Positions 25,960-35,081 are shown, counted from the stretch's first letter. The stretch: 64,000 bases of DNA from an uncultured Hyphomicrobiales bacterium (GCA_964610885.1 CAZSWR010000002.1:23811-87810); one strand, 5' to 3'. The notes: generated from the letters alone by a model not told the origin. Made by a program: numbers and translations.

Positions 25960-28576
25960 ACAATGGTAAAAGTATTTCGAAAATTAAGCCTGAAGGGATG
26001 TTGCTTCTGACGGAGATTTGACCCTTGTGAGCTTCGATGAAGCCCTTTGCTATGGACAATCCCAGGCCGCAACCGCCCCGTTTCGAACCAAGCGGCCTAT
26101 AAAACTTCTCGAACAATCTTGGCAATTCATTCGAGTTCAATCCATGTCCGTTGTCACGGATTGAAATCATTAATTTGCCGGGAGCGTTTTCTGTTGTTAT
26201 CGAAATCGAACTTCCTTCGGGCGTATAGGTTAATTCATTTAGGATAATATTGAATAATGCCTGCGTCATCAAGCCATAGTCGGCGTTGATTGTATCGATT
26301 TCCGCTCGGAATTCGGTCGAAATTGAATAGCCGGCCGATTTGTCCCGGAGCTGGTTCAACACTTCGAGAATTAGTTCCTGTGCGCTGTATGGTTCGGTGT
26401 TCAATTGAAGCTTGCCCGATTCCAACCTTGAAATATCAAGCAGATTCTCGACCAGCAGGTTCAACCTGTTCGAGGCAACGAACATCTCGTTCGCAAATTT
26501 TTTGACTAATTCCGAATTCTGAGCAATGTTATTATCCAATATACTCGTCGACGAACCGGTAATAACGGCAATTGGCGTGCGGAATTCATGCGAGATGGAA
26601 TCGATCAATGTGTTGTACAACCTGCTGGTTTCTTGGTCGATGGAAATCTGTTTGAGCTGCTCTTCGGCCTCTTCCTTTTCGTAGAAACTCGTTAATTGTT
26701 CGAGGAAATTCACAATTAAGTTCTCTTCTTCAATCAGCAATTTTTTCTCCAGAATGAGGCAGAACAAACCAATTATTGACTTCTTTGAGTTCACGGGAAA
26801 GTACTGCGCAATCGCATCGGGAAGGTTGTTGGTGAATTTGCCGGCGATTCTGTTGTTGTCCAAGGCCCACCTGCCGATAGCTAATTCTTTGTTGTCGAAA
26901 TGAATTGAATCGCTTGAAGATTTTATCTGCTCCATATTCCTGTCGAAAAAAACAACATTCGAGGAAGTGTGCTTATAGATGTGCTTGATCGTAACATCGA
27001 TTGCTTCGGCCTTGTTGGAGCAAGACGACAAATCCTTCGTAAAGCCCAGTAAAGCCAGGGAGGTCTTCTCTCTGGCCAGTACCAATAATCGCTGTTTTTT
27101 CACCCTTGAAACAAGCAATCCCGAAGTCAGGGCAATTCCAAAATTCAATAAAAGAGTGAGTACGTCATGGAGTTGGCCTATTTCAAAGGTGAACAAAGGC
27201 GGGATAAAGAAGAAATTCCAAATTAGTGAGTTCAATATTGCTGCGAAAATAATCGCTCTCCTGCCCGCATAGAATGGGATCAGCATAAGATTGAGCAGCT
27301 GGATTAATCCCACAGATTGGTAGCCCAAATAATTCGTGAAGGGATAGCACAAGATTGAGACAGTCAAGACCGATGCCAAAGGGAATACATAGTCTTTTGC
27401 TGATGTTGCTTGTTCCTTTCTGGATTGATGCTTAACTTTTTTCGAATCGACCTGTTCGGGGCGAATGATGTAAATATCGATATTTCCGCTCTCGGAAATC
27501 AGCCGATCCAAATAATTATCTCTTTTTAAGTAATTGAGTATGCTGTACTTCGTAGGTTTCCCGATGATTATCTGGCTGATGTTGTTCTTCAGGGCAAATA
27601 CAAGAAGTCCATCGACGAGGTCTGTATTGGCAGTTGTGATAACTTCTGCACCCAATTCTTTGGCCAATCGGAGATTCTTCTCGAGTTGTTCGATTTGCAA
27701 GTCGGTCTCTTTTATGTCCGTTTTAACATAAACAGCATACCATTTTGTCTTCAGGGCATAAGCCATTCTGCGTGTCCATTTGATCAACTCAATCGAGAAT
27801 GGGCTGGAGCCAACAGCGACCATGAGCTTGTCGGCGGCTTTCCAAGGTCCTGTTATGTTTTTCTCGCTCATGTAGTTAACCAAATCGCTATCAACCTTTT
27901 CGGCTGTGAGTCGCAAAGCCATTTCCCTTAGCGAAATCAGGTTCCCGGCCTTGAAGAAGTTATTGGAGGCCAGCTGAGCTTTGTCGGCTACGTAAACCTT
28001 GCCGTCAGACAGCCTTTGCAGCAATTCCTCGATGGGCAAATCAATCAACTCGATGTTTTCGGCAATCTCTATGATTGAATCCGGTACGGTTTCTTTGATG
28101 TTGATTCCCGTAATTTGCTCAACAGTTTTGCTTCGGCTTTCGATATGCTGCACGTTAATCGTCGTTAGGACGTGGATACCATGCTCCATCAATTCGAGCA
28201 CATCCTGGTACCTTTTCGAGTGCTTCGACCCCGGTATATTGGAGTGCGCAAGCTCGTCCACCAACACGAAATCCGGTTTTAGTTCGACAGTTTTCTCCAA
28301 GTCGAATTCTTCGGCAACCATTCCTTTGTAATTAATCTTTTTCCTCGGAATGATTTCAAATCCTGTCAGCAACTTTTCGGTCTCGGAACGGCCGTGAGTC
28401 TCGACGTAGCCGATTGCCACTCGATACCCCGCGTCCATCAGTTCCTTCGCGTGGAGCAGCATTGAGTAGGTTTTGCCAACGCCGGCGCACATCCCAAAGA
28501 AGATTTTCAAGTTGCCATTTTTCTTCTTGGTTTCTGTAGCATTGATTCTGGCCAATATTTCGTCTGGAGTGGTCAT
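25943..28576 (-). CDS. kdpD: KdpD sensor histidine kinase
   Basis: 877 aa. N-terminal KdpD domain with P-loop FFGMCAGVGKTYSML, a Usp-like region, four hydrophobic helices, H-box SHEFRTPI and an HATPase domain. Confidence 0.95.
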   Translation of the reverse strand: MTTPDEILARINATETKKKNGNLKIFFGMCAGVGKTYSMLLHAKELMDAGYRVAIGYVETHGRSETEKLLTGFEIIPRKKINYKGMVAEEFDLEKTVELKPDFVLVDELAHSNIPGSKHSKRYQDVLELMEHGIHVLTTINVQHIESRSKTVEQITGINIKETVPDSIIEIAENIELIDLPIEELLQRLSDGKVYVADKAQLASNNFFKAGNLISLREMALRLTAEKVDSDLVNYMSEKNITGPWKAADKLMVAVGSSPFSIELIKWTRRMAYALKTKWYAVYVKTDIKETDLQIEQLEKNLRLAKELGAEVITTANTDLVDGLLVFALKNNISQIIIGKPTKYSILNYLKRDNYLDRLISESGNIDIYIIRPEQVDSKKVKHQSRKEQATSAKDYVFPLASVLTVSILCYPFTNYLGYQSVGLIQLLNLMLIPFYAGRRAIIFAAILNSLIWNFFFIPPLFTFEIGQLHDVLTLLLNFGIALTSGLLVSRVKKQRLLVLAREKTSLALLGFTKDLSSCSNKAEAIDVTIKHIYKHTSSNVVFFDRNMEQIKSSSDSIHFDNKELAIGRWALDNNRIAGKFTNNLPDAIAQYFPVNSKKSIIGLFCLILEKKLLIEEENLIVNFLEQLTSFYEKEEAEEQLKQISIDQETSRLYNTLIDSISHEFRTPIAVITGSSTSILDNNIAQNSELVKKFANEMFVASNRLNLLVENLLDISRLESGKLQLNTEPYSAQELILEVLNQLRDKSAGYSISTEFRAEIDTINADYGLMTQALFNIILNELTYTPEGSSISITTENAPGKLMISIRDNGHGLNSNELPRLFEKFYRPLGSKRGGCGLGLSIAKGFIEAHKGQISVRSNIPSGLIFEILLPLYEQQN

Positions 28577-29148
28577 TTCGCAAATTCAATGAGTTTGATA
28601 TTCAGTTCCAACACGTTCACTTTCGGTTCTCCGAAGATACGAAGGCTCCTGTCCTCAATAGACGAATTAACCAATGTTTTTAAGTTTTGTTTCTGAAATT
28701 CGTTGAAATGCCTTCTTTCGGAGATCCGATCGACTTGGAACAGGGCCGCTTCCGGGGAGATGTGCGGATCCACGCCGCTACCGGACGCAAAGAGCAGATC
28801 CTTTGGCACATCGTTGATATTCACTGCCGCGTGATACATCTTGAGTGTGTCGATCCTTGCCGCAATGGCTTCCTTCATTCTTGTTCCAATCGGATTTAAA
28901 TTGCTTCCGCCAGACGGCATCGGCTCCGAAGATACTGCCGAAGGCCGACCCCAGAAGAATTCAGGGCCGGAGAATCGTTGCCCCAACAACTCGCTCCCAA
29001 TTATACAGCCATCACGAGTAATCAAAGAGCCATTGGTTTTCTCGTTGAAGCAAACTATTCCAAATAAATAGATTGACAATGGATAGATAATACCCACTAT
29101 CAAAGTCAATAGAAGGAACAGTTTGGCCGCTATTATTATATTCTTCAT
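28573..29148 (-). CDS. kdpC: Potassium-transporting ATPase subunit KdpC
   Basis: 191 aa. Single N-terminal TM helix. Contains GGSNLNP and ASGSGVDPHISPEAA, which are KdpC signatures. Overlaps kdpD by 4 nt. Confidence 0.9.
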   Translation of the reverse strand: MKNIIIAAKLFLLLTLIVGIIYPLSIYLFGIVCFNEKTNGSLITRDGCIIGSELLGQRFSGPEFFWGRPSAVSSEPMPSGGSNLNPIGTRMKEAIAARIDTLKMYHAAVNINDVPKDLLFASGSGVDPHISPEAALFQVDRISERRHFNEFQKQNLKTLVNSSIEDRSLRIFGEPKVNVLELNIKLIEFAK

Positions 29149-29159
29149 TTCTGCCTCCT

Positions 29160-29642
29160 TTATTTGTCCAGCCTGTCCAAGATGGTGTTTTCAAAGACGC
29201 CTTTGGACGCTTCAACAATCTCGATTTCGTTGTCAAATGAAAACTTACCTCTTGGTATTTCTTGATTGCATTTCAAGAAAAACTTAGTATTAATAATGAC
29301 TCTACACTCTTCATTGCTCATTGGAACGATTTGAATCTTCGTCGTATCAAAAAATCGGGACAATGTCGTTATGTGATTGTACTCTTGAGTGCTGACAAGT
29401 GTTTTTAGCTTCTCGAGCGACAAGTCTCCCGCGGCTGTTATCAATCCGGCATTCTGGTCCGAATCGACGACTGTATGGCCAATGTCGGAGAGTATTGTCG
29501 GTAAATCATTCCAAACGGATGACTTACTCTTATTAATAATTCGATAGTTCTTCGAGAAATTCGAGTATTCATCGTGTTCGTTCCTGCTGCAAGACAGGAA
29601 CAGAATACTCAGAATAATGCCGTATTTAATTAACTTTTTCAT
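29160..29642 (-). CDS. Hypothetical lipoprotein encoded between kdpB and kdpC
   Basis: 160 aa. Signal MKKLIKYGIILSILFLSCS. No recognisable family. Packed tightly (7 nt after kdpB, 11 nt before kdpC) on the operon strand. Confidence 0.5.
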   Translation of the reverse strand: MKKLIKYGIILSILFLSCSRNEHDEYSNFSKNYRIINKSKSSVWNDLPTILSDIGHTVVDSDQNAGLITAAGDLSLEKLKTLVSTQEYNHITTLSRFFDTTKIQIVPMSNEECRVIINTKFFLKCNQEIPRGKFSFDNEIEIVEASKGVFENTILDRLDK

Positions 29643-29649
29643 GACAATC

Positions 29650-31752
29650 TCATATTAAATGTAGAACTTCAATTAGTGTATCAATTGCTTTTATACCGAG
29701 GAAAGGCACCAATACGCCACCCACTCCGTAAATGAAAATATTCCGCCTCAGAATCGAAGATGCGCTTCTCGGTTCATATTTGACGCCCTTCAGCGCAAGT
29801 GGAATCAATGCTACGATTATGAGTGCGTTAAAAATTATCGAACTCAAAACGGCGCTCTCGGGGCTGGCCAGGTGCATAATGTTCAATTTCGACAGCGCTC
29901 CCGTACCATTAATGACATACAGAGAACCGAATATCGCGGGCAGAATTGCAAAATACTTCGCTACGTCGTTTGCAATGCTGAACGTCGTCAGCGCTCCGCG
30001 TGTCATTAGTAATTGCTTGCCAATTTCGACCACGTCAATTAGTTTCGTCGGGTTGGAATCGAGATCCACCATGTTCCCTGCTTCGCGCGCGGCTTGGGTT
30101 CCCGAGTTCATGGCAACGCCAACGTCGGCTTGCGCGAGGGCCGGAGCGTCGTTAGTGCCATCGCCAATCATGGCAACAAGTTTGCCTTCGGCCTGCTCGT
30201 GGCGGATTCTGTTTAATTTATCCTCGGGCGTCGCCTCGGCAATAAAATCATCAACACCGGCCTCGGCAGCGATGGAAACTGCCGTCAAGGGGTTGTCTCC
30301 GGTGATCATTACCGTCTTGATGCCCATTTTTCTCAGCTTCTCGAAGCGCTCCTTGATCCCTCCTTTGACGACATCTTTCAGCCTGATCACGCCCAAGATT
30401 TTGTCGCCCTCGCACACGACGAGCGGTGTGGAACCTTCGGAGGCAACGTCCTCGACAATTTTATCTATTTCCGTCGGGCACTCGCCACCGATTTCGCAGA
30501 CGTAGCTTTTGATTGATTCGGCTGCTCCTTTCCGTATCCGAATCTCTTTGCCTCCTTTTTTGATATCGACTCCGCTCATCTTGGTTTGGGCGGTGAAAGG
30601 GATAAACGTGAGCGACGAATCCTCGATTTGTTTGCCCCTCAGGTTGAATTCCTTCTTGGCAAGGACCAGGATTGAGCGCCCCTCGGGTGTGTCGTCCGAA
30701 AGCGAAGACAATTGCGCCCGCTCGGCAAGGTAGTTCACATCGACCCCTTTGACTGGAATGAACTCCGAAGCCATTCTGTTGCCCAACGTGATGGTGCCGG
30801 TTTTGTCGAGCAACAAGACGTCCACGTCGCCAGCGGCTTCGACGGCTTTTCCGCTCTTCGCGATAATGTTGCGTTTCGTCAGGCGGTCGATTCCGCTTAT
30901 GCCGATAGCGTTCAATAGTCCGCTGATAGTCGTGGGGATCAGGCAAACGATAAGCGAAATCAGAATCGGCAGGCTCAATCGCGATTCAGTTTGGCCCGAT
31001 GCGTTCATTGCATATAGCTCGAATGGCTTCAGCGTGAAGACTGCGATCAGGAAAATTATCGTCATCCCGCTCAAAAGAATTGTCAAAGCGATTTCGTTAG
31101 GCGTCTTTTGGCGTTTGGCGCCTTCGACGAGCGCGATCATTTTGTCGAGGAAAGTATCGCCGGGCATCGACGTGATCTGTATGATAATTCTGTCGCTTAT
31201 CACTTTGGTCCCGCCGGTAACGGCCGAGCGGTCGCCGCCACTTTCGCGGATGACCGGTGCGGATTCGCCTGTGATTGCCGATTCATCCACGCTGGCAATG
31301 CCGTCCACAATATCGCCATCGCCCGGGATGGTGTCCCCGGCCTCGCACACGACGAGGTCGCCAGTTTTCAGTTCTGACGAGAGGATTTTCTGTTCGGCGA
31401 TTCCTTCAAACGCTGCAACGCCCTTTGTCATATTGGGATTAGAGATTTTCCGCGCGTATGTATTCGTCCTCATTTTGCGCAGTGTGTCGGCTTGGGCTTT
31501 GCCGCGGCCCTCGGCGATCGCCTCCGAAAAGTTAGCGAAGAGAACCGTGAACCACAGCCAGAGCGATATTTGCAGATTGAATCCCGACCAATCCACGGCT
31601 GTTATAACTGTCGTGATCACGGCTCCAATAAAGACGATGAACATAATCGGGTTTTTGATTTGCTTTGCCGGACTCATTTTTCGGAAAGAATCGCCCACGG
31701 CGGCTGAAATCAGCTTTTTATCGAATGTTTTTGTTTGATTTTTCATTTTCAT
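29650..31752 (-). CDS. kdpB: Potassium-transporting P-type ATPase subunit KdpB
   Basis: P-type motifs [17 protein letters not shown] and [16 protein letters not shown]. The start is ATG 31752 or 31746, preceded by GGAAGA. The track start at 31782 adds 10 unlikely residues. Confidence 0.95.
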   Translation of the reverse strand: MKMKNQTKTFDKKLISAAVGDSFRKMSPAKQIKNPIMFIVFIGAVITTVITAVDWSGFNLQISLWLWFTVLFANFSEAIAEGRGKAQADTLRKMRTNTYARKISNPNMTKGVAAFEGIAEQKILSSELKTGDLVVCEAGDTIPGDGDIVDGIASVDESAITGESAPVIRESGGDRSAVTGGTKVISDRIIIQITSMPGDTFLDKMIALVEGAKRQKTPNEIALTILLSGMTIIFLIAVFTLKPFELYAMNASGQTESRLSLPILISLIVCLIPTTISGLLNAIGISGIDRLTKRNIIAKSGKAVEAAGDVDVLLLDKTGTITLGNRMASEFIPVKGVDVNYLAERAQLSSLSDDTPEGRSILVLAKKEFNLRGKQIEDSSLTFIPFTAQTKMSGVDIKKGGKEIRIRKGAAESIKSYVCEIGGECPTEIDKIVEDVASEGSTPLVVCEGDKILGVIRLKDVVKGGIKERFEKLRKMGIKTVMITGDNPLTAVSIAAEAGVDDFIAEATPEDKLNRIRHEQAEGKLVAMIGDGTNDAPALAQADVGVAMNSGTQAAREAGNMVDLDSNPTKLIDVVEIGKQLLMTRGALTTFSIANDVAKYFAILPAIFGSLYVINGTGALSKLNIMHLASPESAVLSSIIFNALIIVALIPLALKGVKYEPRSASSILRRNIFIYGVGGVLVPFLGIKAIDTLIEVLHLI

Positions 31753-31870
31753 TCTTCCTGTCGTTACACACTCACGCTGCAAACTTATCCGAATTGATAT
31801 ATGTATGAAATATGGACATGGCCGGGATTTATAAAGATTTTGTAAAGAAGAGAGAACGGAAATGTCAGAC

Positions 31871-31898
31871 GTAGGGGTTCAAAATTTTGAACCCCTAC
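31871..31898. repeat. REP palindrome GTAGGGGTTCAAAATTTTGAACCCCTAC (AT-core variant)
   Basis: Perfect 28-bp palindrome 104 bp upstream of the RAYT ATG. It is preceded by GTCAGAC, as is the copy at 32742. Confidence 0.9.
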
Positions 31899-32152
31899 AG
31901 ATAAATATATCCCCACACCCCTACTTTTTGACCCCATACTTCTCATAATAAAATAATCAATAAAGAATCCCGTGTCCTATATAAAAACAACAGACTTAAG
32001 CAATGAAATACAACCCCGACACGCACCATCGCAAATCAATCCGTCTGAAGGAATTTGATTATTCGCAGGCCGGATATTATTTTATCACTATTTGCACGCA
32101 TAACCGAGAGCATTTGTTCGGGGATATTAATGAAATCATGGTTCAGAATAAT

Positions 32153-32179
32153 GTAGGGGTTCAAAATTTTGAACCCCAC
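32153..32179. repeat. REP palindrome embedded in frame inside the RAYT ORF (translated [10 protein letters not shown])
   Basis: GTAGGGGTTCAAAATTTTGAACCCCAC lies within the coding sequence. Confidence 0.85.
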
Positions 32180-32329
32180 CAAAAACAAATGAAATTGGAT
32201 GCCGGTGGTAAAATTGTTGAAAAATGTATTGAGGATATCCCTGCTCATTTTCCATTAGCCGAGATCGATCATTATTGCATTATGCCCAACCATCTGCATT
32301 TGATAATAATTATTAACGGACAAATAAAT

Positions 32330-32369
32330 GTAGGGGTTCAAAATGGGGTTCAATATTTTGAACCCCTAC
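32330..32369. repeat. Composite REP inside the RAYT ORF (translated VGVQNGVQYFEPLH)
   Basis: GTAGGGGTTCAAAA-TGGGGTTCAATATTTTGAACCCCTAC has a duplicated left half-site. It lies just after the HUH motif. Confidence 0.8.
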
Positions 32370-32618
32370 ATATTGAACCCGAGAAAAACCAATTTCAAAA
32401 GATAATTCCTTATTCATTAGGATCGATTATTAAAGGATTGAAAAATAGGCGTAACAAAATGGTTTAAAGAGAATACATCAATATATCACGTTTGGCAACG
32501 AAATTATTACGAACACATAATTCGCAATGAGAAAGAATTGTTTGAAATAAGAAAGTATATTGAACTGAATCCTATGAATTGGAACAAAGATGAGTATTTC
32601 GAATAATACAAATATTAA

Positions 32619-32643
32619 CCTGTAGGGGCAATGCCCCTACAGG
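32619..32643. repeat. REP palindrome CCTGTAGGGGCAATGCCCCTACAGG (short-core variant)
   Basis: Perfect palindrome 13 bp downstream of the RAYT stop. Confidence 0.9.
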
Positions 32644-32681
32644 TAGATCTAAACAAAAAGGCGTGTCACATTTTATACATT

Positions 32682-32739
32682 CCTCTCACCCCAACCACTC
32701 CACAACAGGCCCCAAACAAAGAGCGGGCAGAAACGTCAG
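32682..32739 (-). repeat. 58-bp duplicate of the kdpA 3' end (copy of 32808-32865, 1 mismatch)
   Basis: The reverse complement encodes LTFLPALCLGPVVEWLG-stop, like the true kdpA terminus. The single difference (CCT vs CCG) is synonymous. The duplication period is 126 bp. Confidence 0.9.
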
Positions 32740-32741
32740 AC

Positions 32742-32768
32742 GTAGGGGTTCAAAATTTTGAACCCCAA
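32742..32768. repeat. REP palindrome GTAGGGGTTCAAAATTTTGAACCCCAAC
   Basis: Lies between the two copies of the kdpA 3' end and is preceded by GTCAGAC. Confidence 0.85.
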
Positions 32769-32811
32769 CAGACAAATGAACCCCAACAAAAAACAATACA
32801 AACGATACCTC

Positions 32812-34476
32812 TCACCCCAACCACTCCACAACCGGCCCCAAACAAAGAGCGGGCAGAAACGTCAGTGCGCCGACGATGAGTATCACGCCGATCAGGAGGA
32901 ATGCAAATAGCGAAGTGTCCGTGCGGAAGGTGCCTTGCGATACCGGCGTCGTCTTCTTCTCCGAGAGCGATCCGGCAATCACCAACACGGGAATAATCAC
33001 CGCAAACCGACCAACCAGCATGCCAAGCCCGAGCATTATGTTGTAGAAATCCGTGTTCGCGTTCAGCCCGGCAAAGGCCGAACCGTTGTTGCCCGCGGCG
33101 GACGCAAAGGCGTAGAGCACCTCCGAGAACCCGTGCGCGCCGCTCTCGGCAATGCTGCCCAGCCCCTCCGGCACCGACAAAGCAATCGCCGAAAACCCGA
33201 GTATCACAAAACTCGGCGCAATTACGGCGAGCATAGCCATCTGAATTTCCTTCGCCTGAATTTTCTTGCCCAAGTATTCGGGAGTGCGCCCGATCATCAG
33301 CCCGGCAATGAATACGGTCAGCAGGACGAAAATCAACATGCCGTACATTCCTGCGCCCACGCCGCCGAAGACAATTTCGCCCAACATGATGTTGAACATT
33401 GCCACCAAACCGGAGCCGGGCATTAGCGATTCGTGCATGGCATTGACCGAGCCGCTCGAGGCCGCCGTCGTGAAGGTGGACCACATCACGGAATTAGTTA
33501 TCCCGAATCGAGTTTCCTTCCCTTCCAAATTGCCCGCAATCCCAAGCGACGGGTTCATCGAAAACTCCGAATACAGAGAAACCGAAAGCCCGATGGCCAG
33601 CAGCAGCAGCATCACCGCAAACAAAGTCCAGCCTTGGCGCGCGGAGCCGACAATCTTGCCGAATGTAAACGTCAGGGCGGCGGGAATGAGCAAAATGGAG
33701 AGCATCTGCAACAGATTGCTAATCGGTGTGGGGTTCTCGAATGGGAAAGCAGAATTGGCATTAAAGAATCCACCGCCGTTCGTGCCGAGCTGCTTGATGG
33801 CGATTTGCGACGCTGCCGGCCCGCCGGGGATCGTTTGCTTGATGCCTTCGAGCGTGCTGGCATCGGTATAGGCGTTAAAGTTCTGAATCACGCCCTGGGA
33901 CACCAACAGAATGGCCAAAAGGGCACTCAGGGGCAGCAGCACGTAAAGAGTTGACCGGGTTACATCGACCCAGAAATTGCCCAATTCGGAGGATTGTTTG
34001 TTTCTGATGCCTCTCGCCAGGGCTATAAAAACCGCGATACCGGTCGCCGCGCTCAGGAAATTCTGAACTGTCAGCCCGGCCATTTGCACGAAGTACGACA
34101 TGGTTGTTTCGCCGGCGTAGGATTGCCAGTTAGTATTCGTCATAAAACTAACTGCCGTATTGAAGGCCAGCGATGGATCGGCGCCGGGGAGTTGTTGCGG
34201 GTTCAGCGGCAAGTACTGCTGGCAGACTTGCAAAAGGAAGACAGCAACGAAACCGAAGGCATTGAAGGCCAGAAGCGAGAAAAGGTAGCTCTTCCAATTC
34301 ATCTGACTGTGGTCGTCGATCCCGAGCAGTTTGTAGAGTTTCAGCTCGAACGTTTTTAGCCATCTGTTGTTAATATCTTTATATAGAACTTGGTAGATAT
34401 ACGTGCCAAGCGGTTTAACTGTAAGTATCAATATTGCCAGCATGGCAACAACTTGGATTATATCGTAAATATTCAT
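32812..34476 (-). CDS. kdpA: Potassium-transporting ATPase subunit KdpA
   Basis: 554-aa polytopic protein with a typical KdpA N-terminus and selectivity-filter-like segments (NTNWQSYAGE, GTNGGGFF). AAGGAGGA lies 6-13 nt upstream of the ATG. Confidence 0.95.
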   Translation of the reverse strand: MNIYDIIQVVAMLAILILTVKPLGTYIYQVLYKDINNRWLKTFELKLYKLLGIDDHSQMNWKSYLFSLLAFNAFGFVAVFLLQVCQQYLPLNPQQLPGADPSLAFNTAVSFMTNTNWQSYAGETTMSYFVQMAGLTVQNFLSAATGIAVFIALARGIRNKQSSELGNFWVDVTRSTLYVLLPLSALLAILLVSQGVIQNFNAYTDASTLEGIKQTIPGGPAASQIAIKQLGTNGGGFFNANSAFPFENPTPISNLLQMLSILLIPAALTFTFGKIVGSARQGWTLFAVMLLLLAIGLSVSLYSEFSMNPSLGIAGNLEGKETRFGITNSVMWSTFTTAASSGSVNAMHESLMPGSGLVAMFNIMLGEIVFGGVGAGMYGMLIFVLLTVFIAGLMIGRTPEYLGKKIQAKEIQMAMLAVIAPSFVILGFSAIALSVPEGLGSIAESGAHGFSEVLYAFASAAGNNGSAFAGLNANTDFYNIMLGLGMLVGRFAVIIPVLVIAGSLSEKKTTPVSQGTFRTDTSLFAFLLIGVILIVGALTFLPALCLGPVVEWLG

Positions 34477-34854
34477 TTCAGAATCCTCCTTATAAATTTC
34501 ACTGGATTGTCTCAGCAGAAGGCCAATGATACATACGGAGTAAATATCATTTCAATTTGCCAAACAACTAATGCAAATCTATTGTTTCCGGCATAAGTAT
34601 GAAATTCTGAAAGATGGGTAAAATATAAAGAATTCATAAAGACAGGTTGGCAGCGGTAGGTGGTGCTTGAATTGTTATGCTATTCATGCAGAAGTAGTAT
34701 GAACCTGTTGATAAAGCACAAGACTTGCAACAACTGGTTTTAATCCAATGCAAGAATCGTAGTAAATCATTGATATATCGACAAATCCCTCATCTCGATA
34801 TGCCAAATGGGGCAAAAGAAATTTGAAATAATCCCAAAAAGTTCGTTAGAAAAA

Positions 34855-34958
34855 CCCTCAATCCCTAAATCCCTTTCTCCCAAAGGGCGACGAATGACTT
34901 CCGATAAACATGTTTTCATACTCCCTTCTCCCGACGGGAGAAGAGCCGGGGATGAGGG
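34855..34958. mobile_element. MITE-like 104-bp element with imperfect terminal inverted repeats (CCCTCAATCCC ... GGGGATGAGGG); contains 52-bp repeat copy 2
   Basis: The left arm CCCTCAATCCCTAAATCCCTTTCTCCCAAAGGG is roughly the reverse complement of the right arm CCCGACGGGAGAAGAGCCGGGGATGAGGG. The core at 34888-34939 is identical to 25064-25115. Confidence 0.55.
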
Positions 34959-35081
34959 TATAGCAAATATGTCAAATTTTAACGAATAATTTGGGATCAT
35001 GTAATTACACTTTACTAATTATTCGCCAATTGGAGACTAACCAAGCATTTTTCCATTTGAATCTTAATTCGATTTCTTTCT

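Larger units (their letters stand above)
32003..32606 (+). pseudogene. REP-associated tyrosine transposase (RAYT; IS200/IS605-like HUH Y1 transposase), frameshifted as sequenced
   Basis: The N-terminus HHRKSIRLKEFDYSQAGYYFITICTHNREHLFG and HUH motif MPNHLHLII (HLH at 32291-32299) lie in frame A, which stops at 32467. GVTKWF...VWQRNYYEHIIRNE (Tyr codons at 32505-32510) continues in the +1 frame from 32448 to 32606. The shift lies in the A-run at 32441-32445. Confidence 0.8.

Noticed and set aside
29732-31738. Plus-strand ORFs of 257 aa and 329 aa (and others) antisense to kdpB
   Set aside because: kdpB is unambiguous ([13 protein letters not shown]). The antisense ORFs are Ser/Pro/Ala-rich artefacts.
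32750-34363. Alternative-frame and antisense ORFs within kdpA (for example 32750-33484 minus, 32935-33426 plus, 33266-33871 plus)
   Set aside because: They overlap the KdpA coding frame. The translations are Arg/Gly/His-rich and look like nonsense.
34477-34600. kdpF small ORF upstream of kdpA
   Set aside because: The only candidate (MIFTPYVSLAFC, 12 codons) is too short and lacks the hydrophobic helix length of KdpF. kdpF may be absent or unrecognisable. The AAGGAGGA motif there serves kdpA.
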